Shown piece by piece: positions 1-11,250 of a DNA stretch of 64,000 bases. The first letter of the stretch is position 1. Each line of letters opens with the position of its first letter. Where the stretch lies: contig NC_135668.1 in the NCBI RefSeq assembly GCF_964188315.1, positions 31,000,001 to 31,064,000 on the forward strand. Reading direction: 5' to 3'. Below the pieces are notes generated by a model. It made no database searches. It was given only the letters and a program-made list of their open reading frames with translations, and was not told the origin of the DNA. The position numbers and the translations under genes were made by a program. The DNA is from Podarcis muralis. Its lineage: Eukaryota.

Positions 1-240
1 ATCCAACCATCTCGTCCTCTGTCGTCCCCTTCTCCTTGTGCCCTCCATCTTTCCCAACATCAAGGTCTTTTCCAGGGAGTCTTCTCTTCTCATGAGGTGG
101 CCAAAGTATTGGAGCCTCAGCTTCAGGATCTGTCCTTCCAGTGAGCATTCAGGGCTGATTTCCTTAAGAATGGAGAGGTCTGATCTTCTTGCAGTCCATG
201 GGACTCTCAAGAGTCTCCTCCAGCACCATAATTCAAAAGC
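1..240 (-). mobile_element. BovB (RTE LINE) 3'-region fragment, runs off the window edge
   Basis: Near-identical to the BovB copies at 4457 and 56167. Confidence 0.92.
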
Positions 241-241
241 A

Positions 242-294
242 TTTTTATACCTACCATCAAGAGATGGTAGGTATAAAAAGGTTGACTACCCCTG
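242..294. mobile_element. Collapsed hAT-type MITE remnant (17-bp perfect hairpin plus right TIR)
   Basis: tttttatacctaccatc-aaga-gatggtaggtataaaaa, then ggttgactacccctg (CAGGGGT-type TIR). Confidence 0.7.
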
Positions 295-1330
295 GTATAG
301 ACAGTACTTAGCTGGACGGACCAAAGGTATGACTCGGAACGGGGTAGTTTCCTGTGCTCTAATTTGAATTTGCCCTTTATTCAGAATACTGAGGACTAGA
401 ATCTTTTTTTCCCTTAGGAAAGAAAGGGAAAATTTCAGACTCTGGCATCTCCAGGTAGCACTGGGGAAAGTCTCCAGTCTGAAGCCACGCAATGGCTGCC
501 AGCCAGGGCAGACAATACTGAGCTAGATGGACCACAAGGGTCCAGTTTCCCTATGGCCACCATTGCTCTGGTGACTGAGCAATGCAAATGCAAGTCCTGA
601 CCACAGAAAATCATCCTCTTGGGAAAACTGAGTTGTGACTATTGGCTGGAGAACCCCACGCCCTGCTGGATTCATTCCCGAGCTAGTGGCCAATCCTGAG
701 CTAAATGTGCCGCCTGGGCTTGACTCTATCAATAGCAAGCTATTCCTCCCAGCCAGCTGGCTCTTGCTTTTGGAGGCCACTGAACTTCCCCCATTAAACT
801 CCGTCCTGGCAATAAGTCACTTACAAGCTGCTCCACGCAGTGCCGGCATTAATAGATAATCCATACGCTTGAAGGAGAGTCTATCACCAGCTCATTACCA
901 AGGATAAATCATGGAGGAAATATTAAAATGCTTCAAGACTGTCATCCAGGCCCTGAGAGCGGCTGCCCAGAGCAGGCAACTCTTGCAGAGAGGAAGGTTA
1001 TTTGCCTCCCCCTCCCTTCAAGCACAGTGCCATTGAGGAGCTGGGGCTCCAACCCACGGAAGCAACAGAGTCTTGTCACTAGGAACATTGCCAGCAAAAG
1101 CTGACAGTCCCCTGCCCCCACCTGGAAACGCTAGAGTTGCTTAAAAAATGACTCCGATCCCTGGAAAATTGACTTGTCTAGAATTTCAGGACAGAGGAGA
1201 GGAAGTCCTTCTTCACGCAGCACATACTTAAACTGTGGAACTCACTTCCACAGGAGGCAGTGATGGCCACCAACTCACCAAATGGCTTCGAAAGAGGATT
1301 AGACATTTTCATGAAGGAGAGGGCTGTCAA

Positions 1331-1570
1331 TGGTGTAGTGGTTAAGAGCGGTGGACTCGTAATCTGGTGAACCGGGTTCGCGTCTCCGCTCCTCCACATA
1401 CAGCTGTAGGGTGACCTCGGGCTAGTCACACTTCTTTGAAGTCTCTCAGCCCCACTCACCTCACAGAGTGATTGTTGTGGGGGAGGAAGGGAAAAGAGAA
1501 TGTTAGCAGCTTTGAGACTCCTTTGGGTAGTGATAAAGCAGGATATCAAATCCAAAACTCTTCTGTTCTT
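1331..1570 (+). mobile_element. tRNA-derived SINE (Squam3-type) inserted in a CR1 3' fragment (~1180-1700)
   Basis: A box TGGTGTAGTGG, B box GGGTTCGCGTC, ctctcagccccactcacctcacag body, (TCT) tail; CR1 sequence resumes after the SINE. Confidence 0.85.
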
Positions 1571-2039
1571 CTAGCCAGGATGGCTATGCTCTGCCTCCAT
1601 GATTGGGAGGCAGCAATGCTTCTGAATATCAATTGCTGGAAACCAGAGAGCCTCAAATCCTGCTCGCAGGTTTCCCTAGGGTCAGCCCATAGGAGCCAAC
1701 TCCTAGGGGCTGAGATCCCTTCTCACACACCCCAATAAAATGTTTGAGGGGGCCGATGCCCCCAAAGCTGGTGGGCATTGCCATTTTAATGGTGTACGTG
1801 TGTTGGGCCTGTGGTTGATTATGTTGGATGAGGCTTAACCTGGGCCACCCAATATTTTATTCAAGTTGGCACCCCTGAGCCAGCCACTGTGGGAACAGGA
1901 CGCTGGACTAGATGATCCAGCAAGCTCTTCTTATGTCAACCACACACTTGCAAGCACTAATGTGTTGGGCAAGGGGCAGGGGAGGGCTACCCAGCTGCAG
2001 CCTGGAGCAACTGAGTTCTGAAGAGGGCTTTGGCAACCT

Positions 2040-2900
2040 TAGAACCTGACTTCCAATGTCCAGGAGAAGAAAGGGAAGCCCTTCCCCTGTTCCAGTGGTA
2101 CCTCCTGTGGGTCATGCACTCTATGTGGAGCTCTCCTGGGATGGATGCTGGGATGCTGAAGCTGGTGCAGATTGCCCTGGCCAGGTTGTTAGATGGAGTA
2201 CCTGGATTTTGGATGGAGTACCTTACACACGGGCTGAGGGATCTGTGCAGGCAGCCCATCAGCTACCTGGTGTCAGGCTTCGGGCAATCGGCTCCCCCCC
2301 CCCCCCATTGGCAGTAGATAAGAAGATCAAAGAAAGGAACATCTTACCAGTTAGAAACTTTAATAATCACAGTGAGAGAACAAAGAACACATCTCCTAGA
2401 TATGACGGTACTCCCAATTAAGGATCACACCCCCTTCCGTCCCTATTTATCTAAATCACTCCTACATTTTGTAATCTGAGCTTGTACCCTCTGTGCTTTC
2501 TGTTCTGAGACTTTCTGAGCTCTTTGGACTTTGGAGAGATCAGAGGAATGCTGTCCAGAGACTGTGAATCTGTTAACCCTCTCTCTTCCAGTGTTTCTCC
2601 TCCTAGCTGTCCCCCATCCAGTATTTCCCAGCTTCTGCTTTCTGAACTATGTCCCTCTGCAAACCACTGTTCCAAATCTATACTGTCCTCCTGCTCCTGG
2701 GAAGATTCAGGAGCAGGGGAAGGGGGTGGCTCCCACCATTCCTCCTCAGTGCAGCCCTCCTCAGCATGGTCCCTGACACCTTGGCCATGTCTAAGGTCTC
2801 ATTGTTAATGCATAAAGCCCTGAACAGCTTGGGATTAGGTTGCCTTAAAGTCCACCTGCTCCTGGGGGAATTCTACTCCTGGCACAGCTGCGGACAGTGA
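2040..2900 (+). mobile_element. L2 LINE ORF2 C-terminal fossil, split by a solo LTR
   Basis: KLVQIALARLL...LRDLCRQPISY and, after the insert, LMHKALNSLGLG resemble the L2 motifs LQLVQNAAARLL...LHWLPI...YKALNGLG. Confidence 0.7.
2271..2778 (-). mobile_element. Solo LTR (Gypsy/BEL-like)
   Basis: TGTCAGG...CCTGACA inverted termini; imperfect 5-bp TSD CCTGG/CCTTG; ATTAAA near the minus-strand 3' end; interrupts an L2 reading frame. Confidence 0.7.
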
Positions 2901-3289
2901 CCTCAAAAGAGGCATTTCCTGCTATTGCCCCTGTCCTTCAGAATGTCCATCCCCTCCCTGCCACATGTGAAACAGCAACCGCATCAGTTGCTTTGGCTGG
3001 CATCTTGGAAATGCTTATCTTTTTATCCAAGTTTTCCCTGACCTACAAGGCTGGACCCTGTTTTATCTGTTTCAGTCCCCTGAATTTTTTCTTCTTTTTT
3101 TATAGTCTTTTTAAAAATCAATTTTAACTTGTGTTTTACTAAGAGTAGACCCATTGAAATCAATAGAGCTAGGTTAGTCGTGGTCATTCATTCTAACTGA
3201 CCTACTCTGAGTAGGACCAACATTGGCTACCACCCATGGTTTGGTTTGGTTTGATTTGGTTTGGTTTGGTTTGCATATGGTCTGGCTCA

Positions 3290-3472
3290 CAGAGATTTTA
3301 GAAATATTAAGCGCGCTTTCGCCAATGGGACCTCTCCAAAAAAATTGATTGTAATCCAAAAAAATAAAAATGGGTTGTAATCCAAAAAAAAGGGACATGC
3401 ACTTCCGGGTTTGAAGTGGTTGTAATCCAAAGCACTTTTAATCCAAAGCGGTTGCAAACCAAGGTACCACTG
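3290..3472. mobile_element. Tigger/pogo-like MITE, left end truncated
   Basis: Right TIR aaccaaggtaccactg followed by TA. Confidence 0.65.
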
Positions 3473-3512
3473 TACTGGATTGCCTTCAGACGGCTTGGGA
3501 GTTGGATAAATC

Positions 3513-3643
3513 CATACCCTCCAACATTTCTTCAATGAAAATATCCTAAGGAAAAGTGGGAAATTCCAGAATCAAATCAGAAACCGGGATGGCTTCTCTA
3601 AGTCAGGGACTTCCCTGAAAAAAAGGGACACTTGGAGGGTCTG
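3513..3643. mobile_element. Short MITE (TIR CATACCCTCCAA); inverted relatives at ~5318-5490 and ~6085-6120
   Basis: cataccctccaa...ttggagggtctg termini; internal sequence shared with 5318-5450 in the opposite orientation. Confidence 0.65.
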
Positions 3644-4456
3644 TTGCTGCCACTGAACTGGGCATCCTATAAACCACTGCCAGGTGAGAGACGGAGAGGG
3701 ATTCTTTTCCTTTGACCATCAACCCGATCTCACAGGTGAGTCTTGTGTGCTGCTCTCTTGCCAAAGATACGATGTAAGAAGCCTCTTCCCACCCCACCCC
3801 CTGCAGATGAATGGGGGCTTCTGCATGGCCCTGCCCCCTTGCACAGCAGCGCTCAGCTTGTTTGATAAATAAGAGACGGCACCATCAATATTCTATAAGC
3901 CAAAGGACTGCAGTGCATTAAAAAATGATGAGGCCCAGCCTTTGGAGCCAGCCAGCCCCCACCCACCCACCCGCTCTCTCTTTGCACAGGGGAAAGAGGT
4001 ATTTAAAATCGAGCGTCAGCAGCACTTGACAGCTGCATTTGTCGTGAAGGTGATAAATAGTTTTGAGGAATATTCAATATGTTCAGGATCATTCCATCAC
4101 CAACAAGAGCATCAGCAGGCAGCCACAAACGTTGTGGGAAGGGCATTTTGAAGAGCCAGGAAGGGGGAGGCCACCGGAGACTGGGATTCCCCCTTTGCTA
4201 CAAACGTCCAGCAAATAGTTTCTAAAGGAATAATCTCACAGGGATTTAAAAGGTTCTTAAACCAACTGGGTTATGCCCCAGAAAAGTGAGCTGACCCCCC
4301 ACCCAAAGGCCATGCCCAGCAGAGCAGGATGGAGCAGGTTGAAGCCAAAGTGCCAAGGAGAAGGGATCTGGATTGGCAAGGCATCTGCTGTGCCACTGAG
4401 CTGTGGGTTTTGCATCTCCTAAAGCCCCCACATTGAAACCACAGTAAGACTTTGGA

Positions 4457-4919
4457 GGTCCGTATAGTTAAAGCCATGGTTTTCCCAGTAGTGATGTATG
4501 GAAGTGAGAGCTGGACCATAAAGAAGGCTGATTGCCGAAGAATTGATGCTTTTGGATTATGGTGCTGGAGGAGACTCTTGAGAGTCCCATGGACTGCAAG
4601 AAGATCAAACGCATCCATTCTTAAGGAAATCAGCCCTGAGTGCTCGCTGGAAGGACAGATCGTGAAGCTGAGGCTCCAGTACTTTGGCCACCTCATGAGA
4701 AGAGAAGACTCCTTGGAGAAGACACTGATGCTGGGAAAGATGGAGGGCACAAGGAGAAGGGGGCGACAGAGGACGAGATGGTTGGATAGTGTTTTCGAGG
4801 TTACCAGCATGAGTTTGACCAAACTGCGGGAGGTAGTGGAGGACAGAGGTGACTGGCGTGCTCTGGTCCATGGGGTCACGAAGAGTCGGACACGACTAAA
4901 CGACTAAACAACAACAACA
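4457..4919 (+). mobile_element. BovB 5'-truncated copy
   Basis: Uninterrupted 151-aa frame of the BovB ORF C-terminus ending RTRLND*; (CAA)n tail; 11-bp TSD AAGACTTTGGA (4446-4456 / 4920-4930). Confidence 0.96.
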
Positions 4920-4934
4920 AAGACTTTGGATTTC

Positions 4935-5102
4935 GGGAAGCTGCTTTATACTTTATACTTGGTCCATCTAGCTCACCATTGTCTGCACTGACTGGCAGCA
5001 GCTCTCCAGCAGGAGCCTCTCCCAGCCCTACCCAGAGATGCCAGAGACTGAACCTGAGACCTTCCTCATGCAAAGCAGATGCTCTTCTACTGAGCTACAT
5101 CC
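4935..5102 (-). mobile_element. tRNA-derived SINE (Squam2-type)
   Basis: tRNA-like head plus the ctgccagtcagtgcagacaat...gagctagatggacc body; relatives at 444-545, 21379-21563 and 47175-47372. Confidence 0.7.
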
Positions 5103-5611
5103 TGCCAGTTGGATGCTGGGACAATCCCATTCACAATCTGCTGGCAACATGGGTCAGCTGAGAGGTGCAGAGCATCAAAAGAGACAGGCAAGGCAATCAG
5201 TGACCAGTCTCAAACGAAAACCAAAAATGAGCAAGTAGACTTTTATCAGAAATGGCCTGGCTCCATTTCAAGCTCCAGGTGACCAGCTGCACAAAAGCTT
5301 TGTTCAACCAACAGCCCTGCAGATCCACCAAGTGTCCCTATTTTCCAGGGATTTACAGAAGCCATCCCAGTTTCTGATTTGATCCTGGAATGTCCTGCTT
5401 TTCCTTAGGACATCCCTCTTTTCATCGGAGAAATGTTGGAGGGTATGGCAGGATGCCCTTATTTTCATCGGAGAACTGTTGGTGGGTATGGGCCATCTGA
5501 AGGCAGCCCTGTATAGTGTTGTTAATTTTTAATGTTTTATTATGTTTTTATATATGTTGGAATCTACCCAGGGAGCTGGGGCAACCCAGTCAGATGGGCA
5601 GGGTGTAAACA

Positions 5612-5820
5612 CAGTCAAACCTCATGTTACGTCCTGCGCCGACCCGGAAGTACCAGAAAGGGTTATTTCCGGGTTTCGCCACTTGCGCATGCACAAAATG
5701 ACATCACACGCATGCGCAGAAGCAGTGAATCACAACCCACGCGCTGCTGCGGGTTTTGTTCTTTTCATGTTGTGAATGGGCCTCCAGAACGGATCCCATT
5801 CGCAACCAGAGGTACCACTG
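5612..5820. mobile_element. Tigger/pogo-like MITE
   Basis: cagtcaaacctc...gaggtaccactg followed by TA. Confidence 0.65.
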
Positions 5821-5851
5821 TAGTAAAATACTAATAGTAATAGTAGTAGTA

Positions 5852-6077
5852 CAGTGGTACCTCGGTTTAAGAACTTAATTTGTTTTGGAGGTCCATTCTT
5901 AACCTGAAACAGTTCTTAACCTGAAGGACCACTTTAGCTAATGGGGCCTCCTGTTGCTGCTGCACCACTGGAGTACAATTTCTGTTCTCACCCTGAAGCA
6001 AAGTTCTTAACCCGAGGTACTATTTCTGCGTTAGCGGAGTCTGTAACCTGAAGTGTATGTAACCCAAGGTACCACTG
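5852..6077. mobile_element. Tigger/pogo-like MITE
   Basis: TA|cagtggtacctcgg...ccaaggtaccactg|TA. Confidence 0.9.
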
Positions 6078-7544
6078 TAATAGAATAGGATGTCCCTATT
6101 TTCATCAGAGAAATGTTGGTGGGTGAGGTGGGGGGGGGAGTGCAAGGGAGTCAAGGCCTGCTCCACCTGGACTGTCCCCCTGCCTCATTTTTACAAATTG
6201 TTATCAATCGCATTAGTTCTTTAAAACCTTGGTTATCTTGGCAGAAAGGTAGTAAATAAATCCAGTGAATAAATAATAATTAAAAGATAGACTGTCAGAG
6301 CAGCCATCATCCTGTAAATGCACTGGGGAGGAAGGATGTTGTCCTTTGGTGTCTCCAGATGTCAACAATCCAAGATCTTGTCTTGGTCTTGTCTGCACAA
6401 TGAAAGCAGCAGCCAGTCCCTTTATCAGGATACCTTTCACTTCCTGAGGAGGCCTGTCTGTGCTTGAAAACAGAGTCGGTCCTTCAAGCAGCCAGGAGGG
6501 CTCCGTGGCTCTTGCCCAGTTCTCGGCTGACCTCTGTGGCTTTCAATTAGGTGGCTGGATATTTATGAAACTCTCGGCGGCTGAGGGAAGATTCCTCACC
6601 GGCTGGCTTAATGGTCTGCCTGCTCCTTGCTGCCACGCAGCGCAGGGCTAGCAGTCCAATCTATTCTGTAATCACGTTCAGCTGCCAGCGCAGTGGCTGA
6701 GGCTGGCAGCGCATTCTATTAAGAGGTGCCACTTTTGCTGAGAGAGAGAGCGGGTTTTATGTTACCATAAATTGTCAACAGTTGGTCCTGTGCCTGTGGA
6801 GGAAGGATCGATACCCAGCAGAGGGAGAAAGTGCTGAGAAAGGGGAAGAGAGAGATGCTAATTAGGCCAGGATTTAAGAGACCAGGGGTGCAAGTGACAG
6901 CACTTAAACAGGGGATAAATTATGGGAAGCCTCTGCCCTTCAGGCTGGGTGTACTCAATCACAAACACAAACAACACAGAGGCACCACAGGGGGGTTGTA
7001 GGAGAGCACACAGAGCGCCACCGAAGCCAGCGACAGAGCTAGCATCTCCCTACACTAGAGCACAAAGCACCCCTCTCTCTGGGAGAGAAGGAAAAGGTGA
7101 GCTCAGGTAAACAGGTGAGGCTGTTCACAGGAACGGAAGTGGGGAGAGGTTGCAGCACCCCCTGGAAGTCCTCAGGTAGCTTATTCACACATGGATGGCC
7201 ATCACCGAGTGACTCAAGCAGCACCCAAGTGCTTCCTGGAGAGGTTGTTGTGCAGGGAACCCCCAAAGGCCAGTTAGAGCAATAGTTGGGGGCCTCCATC
7301 AATCTCTCAGGAAACAGCAGTTATGGGATGAGATGAGGCGCTATAAAAGGCTGCTGCAGGGCCAGAGGCAAGGAGTTCTCCCCGGGAGCTGGTGGTGGTC
7401 ACAGCATCTCAATATAGCTGCTGCCATGGACTTTGGACCTCCAGCCACCCCCGGGGGGGGGGGGAGAAGAGAGAAGACTCAAGAATTTTGCTCCTAAAGA
7501 CAGCCTCTGTCAACAGGCTGCCCTCCAGACTTCTCCTGGACCCC

Positions 7545-7765
7545 TGGGGCTGGCGGCTGACGCGAGTGTTCGACAAGAACCTGTGAGAGACCAAGGTTCG
7601 AATTCCCCACTCAGCCACAAAGCTTCCTGGTTGGCCTTGGGCCAGTCACTGCCTCTCAGCCAAACCTACCTCACAGGGTTGTTGTGGGAATTAAAGGAGA
7701 GCCATGTTTACCACCTGGAGCTCCTTGGAGGGAAAGGTGGGGTGTAAATGCAATAAATAAACAGA
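7545..7765 (+). mobile_element. Old tRNA-derived SINE with L2-type tail; relatives at ~10240-10440, 58540-58700, 59470-59625 and the duplicated copies
   Basis: B box GGTTCGAATTCC, ccttgggccagtcactgcctctcagcc core, (TAAA) tail. Confidence 0.7.
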
Positions 7766-7858
7766 TAAAAGGAATTTGGAGGGCACCCAGAGGGTGGAGA
7801 CGGTTCTAATCTAAAGTCCTGGAAGCCACCCCAGAGACGAAGGAAGAGGAGGGTTATA

Positions 7859-8114
7859 CAGTGGTACCTTGGGTTACAGACGCTTCAGGTTACAGACGCT
7901 TCAGGTTACAGACCTGTAACTTCAGGTACAGACCTTACAACCCTGTAACCCAGAAATAGTACCTCGGGTTAAGAACTTTGCTTCAGGATGAGAACAGAAA
8001 TCACGCGGCGGTGGCTTGGCGGCAGTGGGAGACCCCATTAGCTAAAGTGGTACCTCAGGTTAAGAACAGTTTCAGGTTAAGAACGAATTAAGTTCTTAAC
8101 CCGAGGTACCACTG
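7859..8114. mobile_element. Tigger/pogo-like MITE (same family as 5852 and 40639)
   Basis: TA|cagtggtacc...ggtaccactg; shared internal sequence. Confidence 0.9.
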
Positions 8115-8934
8115 TGCAACATTCATACAGCACAGAGAACTAAAGCTCTCCCGGTGCCAGCAACCCTCTGCTCTAAGGATACATCAACCACCACCACCCC
8201 CCAAGACTTCATGTTATTTGACAGCAATGCTGGAGCCTGCAGTAGCTTGCCCACCCAGCTGCCTCCAGGCTCTTAACCTCCTCCAATGACCTAGATTTGA
8301 TCCTCCCCACCCCACATCTGCCACACAAACACACACTCCCCCCCCCTTCCTCTGAGAACCAATGCCAGTCCAGGAGACAATGCAATCAGGAAGAGAGATC
8401 CAGGGTCTCCATTGCTCACATGGGACTCTCTCCCCACACTCTCTGCCGCCCCGCCGCCTCTCCTTCCAGCAGCTCCTGATCCAATAAGGAGCTATAAAAA
8501 AAAAGACCCTACCAGAATTGGAAAAATATTGGCCAATATAATAAACAATAAAACTATATTAGCTCTAATTTGGCATTGCCCCAGGCAGTATTAATATAGC
8601 TATAACCCAATCACTTATAAATAAATGATGGCATTGCACTTTAATATGACATCTGTCCCGGCAATTTCCATATGTGGCATAAAATAATTATGAGCTTGGA
8701 AATGAAATCAAAACAGGAAGAGGTTTGCCCCGTTCTGTGGCTGCAGCCAAGGTGAAGGGAAGGGGCAAGCGGCAGCAGACGGCGGCCAGCTTAGTCCAAA
8801 TGCCAACTCTGGAAATGTATATCTACATGCCAGGAGGTGCCAACCTCTGGGGGCTCTTTGGGATTTTTGATTAAGTCCCGTGGGAGTCACCCCCTCTGAT
8901 CACTTCTTGTCTCCCCTCCCCACTCCAAGAGATT

Positions 8935-9300
8935 TGTATCCTGTTCTAGGCATCACAGTTTAAGGAGGATATTGACAAGCTGAACAAGGTGTGCAGAGGA
9001 GGGTGACCAAGATGATCAAGGGTCTGGGAACCAAGCATGATGGGCAACGGTTGATGGATTTGGGGTGTTTAGACTGGAGAAGAATGAGAGGTGGTATGAG
9101 AGCCATCTTCAAATATCTGAAGGGCTGTCACGTGGAGGATGGTGACAAAGCTTCTTTTCTGCTGCTCCAGATGGACCCAATCCCATGGATTCAAATGACA
9201 GGCAAGAAGATCCCAACTAAGCATCAGGAAGAGGTTTTTAAACAGAGGTTGGATGGCCATCTGCCAGGGATTCTTAGCTGTGATTCCTGCACTGCTGGGG
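8935..9300 (+). mobile_element. CR1 LINE 3' fragment
   Basis: QRRVTKMIKGL...RGGMRAIFKYLKGCH resembles the CR1 ORF2 C-terminus. Confidence 0.85.
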
Positions 9301-11197
9301 TTGGGCGTGTCCTTTCTAGCTCTACAGTTCTGTTTCTAAGACAGAAAGTCTGCACCACTTTGCTTTTCCAAGAGTTCAGATCCAGTAAAAGTAATTTGAG
9401 CCTTGAAAACCCAAAGGGGTTGAAAGAGGAAACGGGAAGGAGGGTCACTCTTCCAACTTCCCTCTTTAGCTCTATGTAGTTTTTCAGGAGAGGAAGCTGC
9501 CCACCCTCACCCCCTGCGATGGCCAATGGGTCAGTGGAAGCGGAGGCTCAGAGTCTGTGCTCTATATTAATCATATACCTGGAGAAGAGGATGCCATGTT
9601 AATTCCCTGCACTGGGCACCAGAACACATCAACATCATCCTTAATGTAACATTTGTACCCTGACCTAGGTAACAGCCATAAAGAAATAACATGGGACCCT
9701 CTTTTTCTCCCCTAATTAATATGCAGCACAGTCACCCTGAATGCTCCTTCTGGTTGAAATCAGAAGATGGGCCAGAGCAATACACCTACATCTTCTGTTC
9801 ATTCCAAGCAGACAGCATCTCACAGCTTAGATCAGTCTCCCACTTCAATGCCCTAAAGCCACCCCTTCACTTGCCTTGCCTTCACTCCTGGCTTGACTCA
9901 GAAACCAGCACAGAAATTGTTCATTCATTACCATCACAAGGCTGGGTAGATTCAGACAATGGTGGGCCCTTGGGACCACCTATGAAACCTGCAAGACAGC
10001 CTTCAGCAATCTGGTGCCCTCCAGATGTTTTGGACATGTCCCATTTGCCCCATATGCTGGGCTTGCACAGGGTGCCACAAGGAGGAAACTGCTGGAGGTA
10101 GATTTTTGGGGTGGGATAAAAGCATTGCAGAGCTCACTGGGCTTAGAAAAGGAAGTGTGTCCCCTAACAAGTTTGGCCATAGCTTTGTTCTTGCCCGCTG
10201 TGGGTGGGCGCTATGGTTTGCATGGACTCCACTGCATGCCTGTGTGGTGCAGCAGTCAAGGGTGTTGGACGCGGGACCAGGGATACCAGGGTTTGAATCT
10301 CCACTTGGCCATGAAGCTCTCTGGGTGACCTTGAAGTCCAGTCACTTTGCAGTCTACCTCGCAGGGTTGCTGCAAGGATAAAGTGTATGCCACCTTGAGC
10401 TCCTTGAAGAAAAAGGTGCGATATAAATGTAAAAAAAGAAGAAGAAATGAATAATATCCAGCCCCATCCCACACTGCATAAGCCTGGCACACCAGGAAAG
10501 GTCTCTTCTGGGAAGATGCTTGGAAAGCTACGAGTCAGGGATTTGTTAAGCTGCAATTCCTGCATTGAAGGGGGTTCAATTAGGTGACTCTTTCAGCTCT
10601 ACAATTCTATGATTCTATGAGTGGATGCACCAGTTGGCAGCTCCTTCTGTTGGCAGGCAAGTGGGCCCCACTCAGACCTCTTTTCTTCTTGCATTATTCC
10701 CTCAACTCGTCCTAAACTGTGGCTCTCCATTTGTTGTTGGACTCCTATCAGCTACAGCCAGCTCTGACTCAGTGTACAATTCCTGGCCTAGCAGACAGCC
10801 AGCTAGCCAGCCAACACTTAGGAGAATCATCTCTCCATCTCTAGTGGTGGCACAAAGGCATGAGCGCCATCTGGCGGCAAGGAAGAGGCTCAGGCTTAAG
10901 AGAACCATAGAAATGGTGTGGTTGTTAAAAGTGTTTACCAACATGTCTCCCCACCCACCTTGGCCGCCCCCCCCCCCAAATATACCACACACAGTGGGGG
11001 GTTCCCCAGCTAGTGCCTCCCACCACTCCTCTGCATCCATGACATCGCAGCAGTCTCAGTCCCGTGTGTCTCCAGTGATACCCAGCCTGAAACCCTGGAG
11101 AGCCACTGTTACCCATCAGTGCAGACCAGATGGGCCAGTGGTCTGATATGGCAGCCTGCTCTGCTCAGAGAGAAGGTGCTACAAAATCTTGGTGGAG

Positions 11198-11250
11198 AAA
11201 AAAACACATTCAGGCGATGCCCTGTAATAAATTTATTGTACTTTATTACA
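11198..11250 (-). terminator. USP31 cleavage/polyadenylation signal
   Basis: Minus strand reads TGTAATAAAGTACAATAAA (UGUA plus two AATAAA at 11247-11242 and 11237-11232), followed by a TGTGTTTTTTT downstream element at 11208-11198. Confidence 0.75.

Noticed and set aside
9570-9600. Weak resemblance to the U1 snRNA 5' end (atacctgg...atgccatg)
   Set aside because: Too short and divergent; no downstream U1 stem-loops or Sm site.
1-11200. Exons of the expected left neighbour HS3ST2
   Set aside because: No sulfotransferase-like frame seen; the ORFs here derive from BovB, L2 or CR1, or are random.
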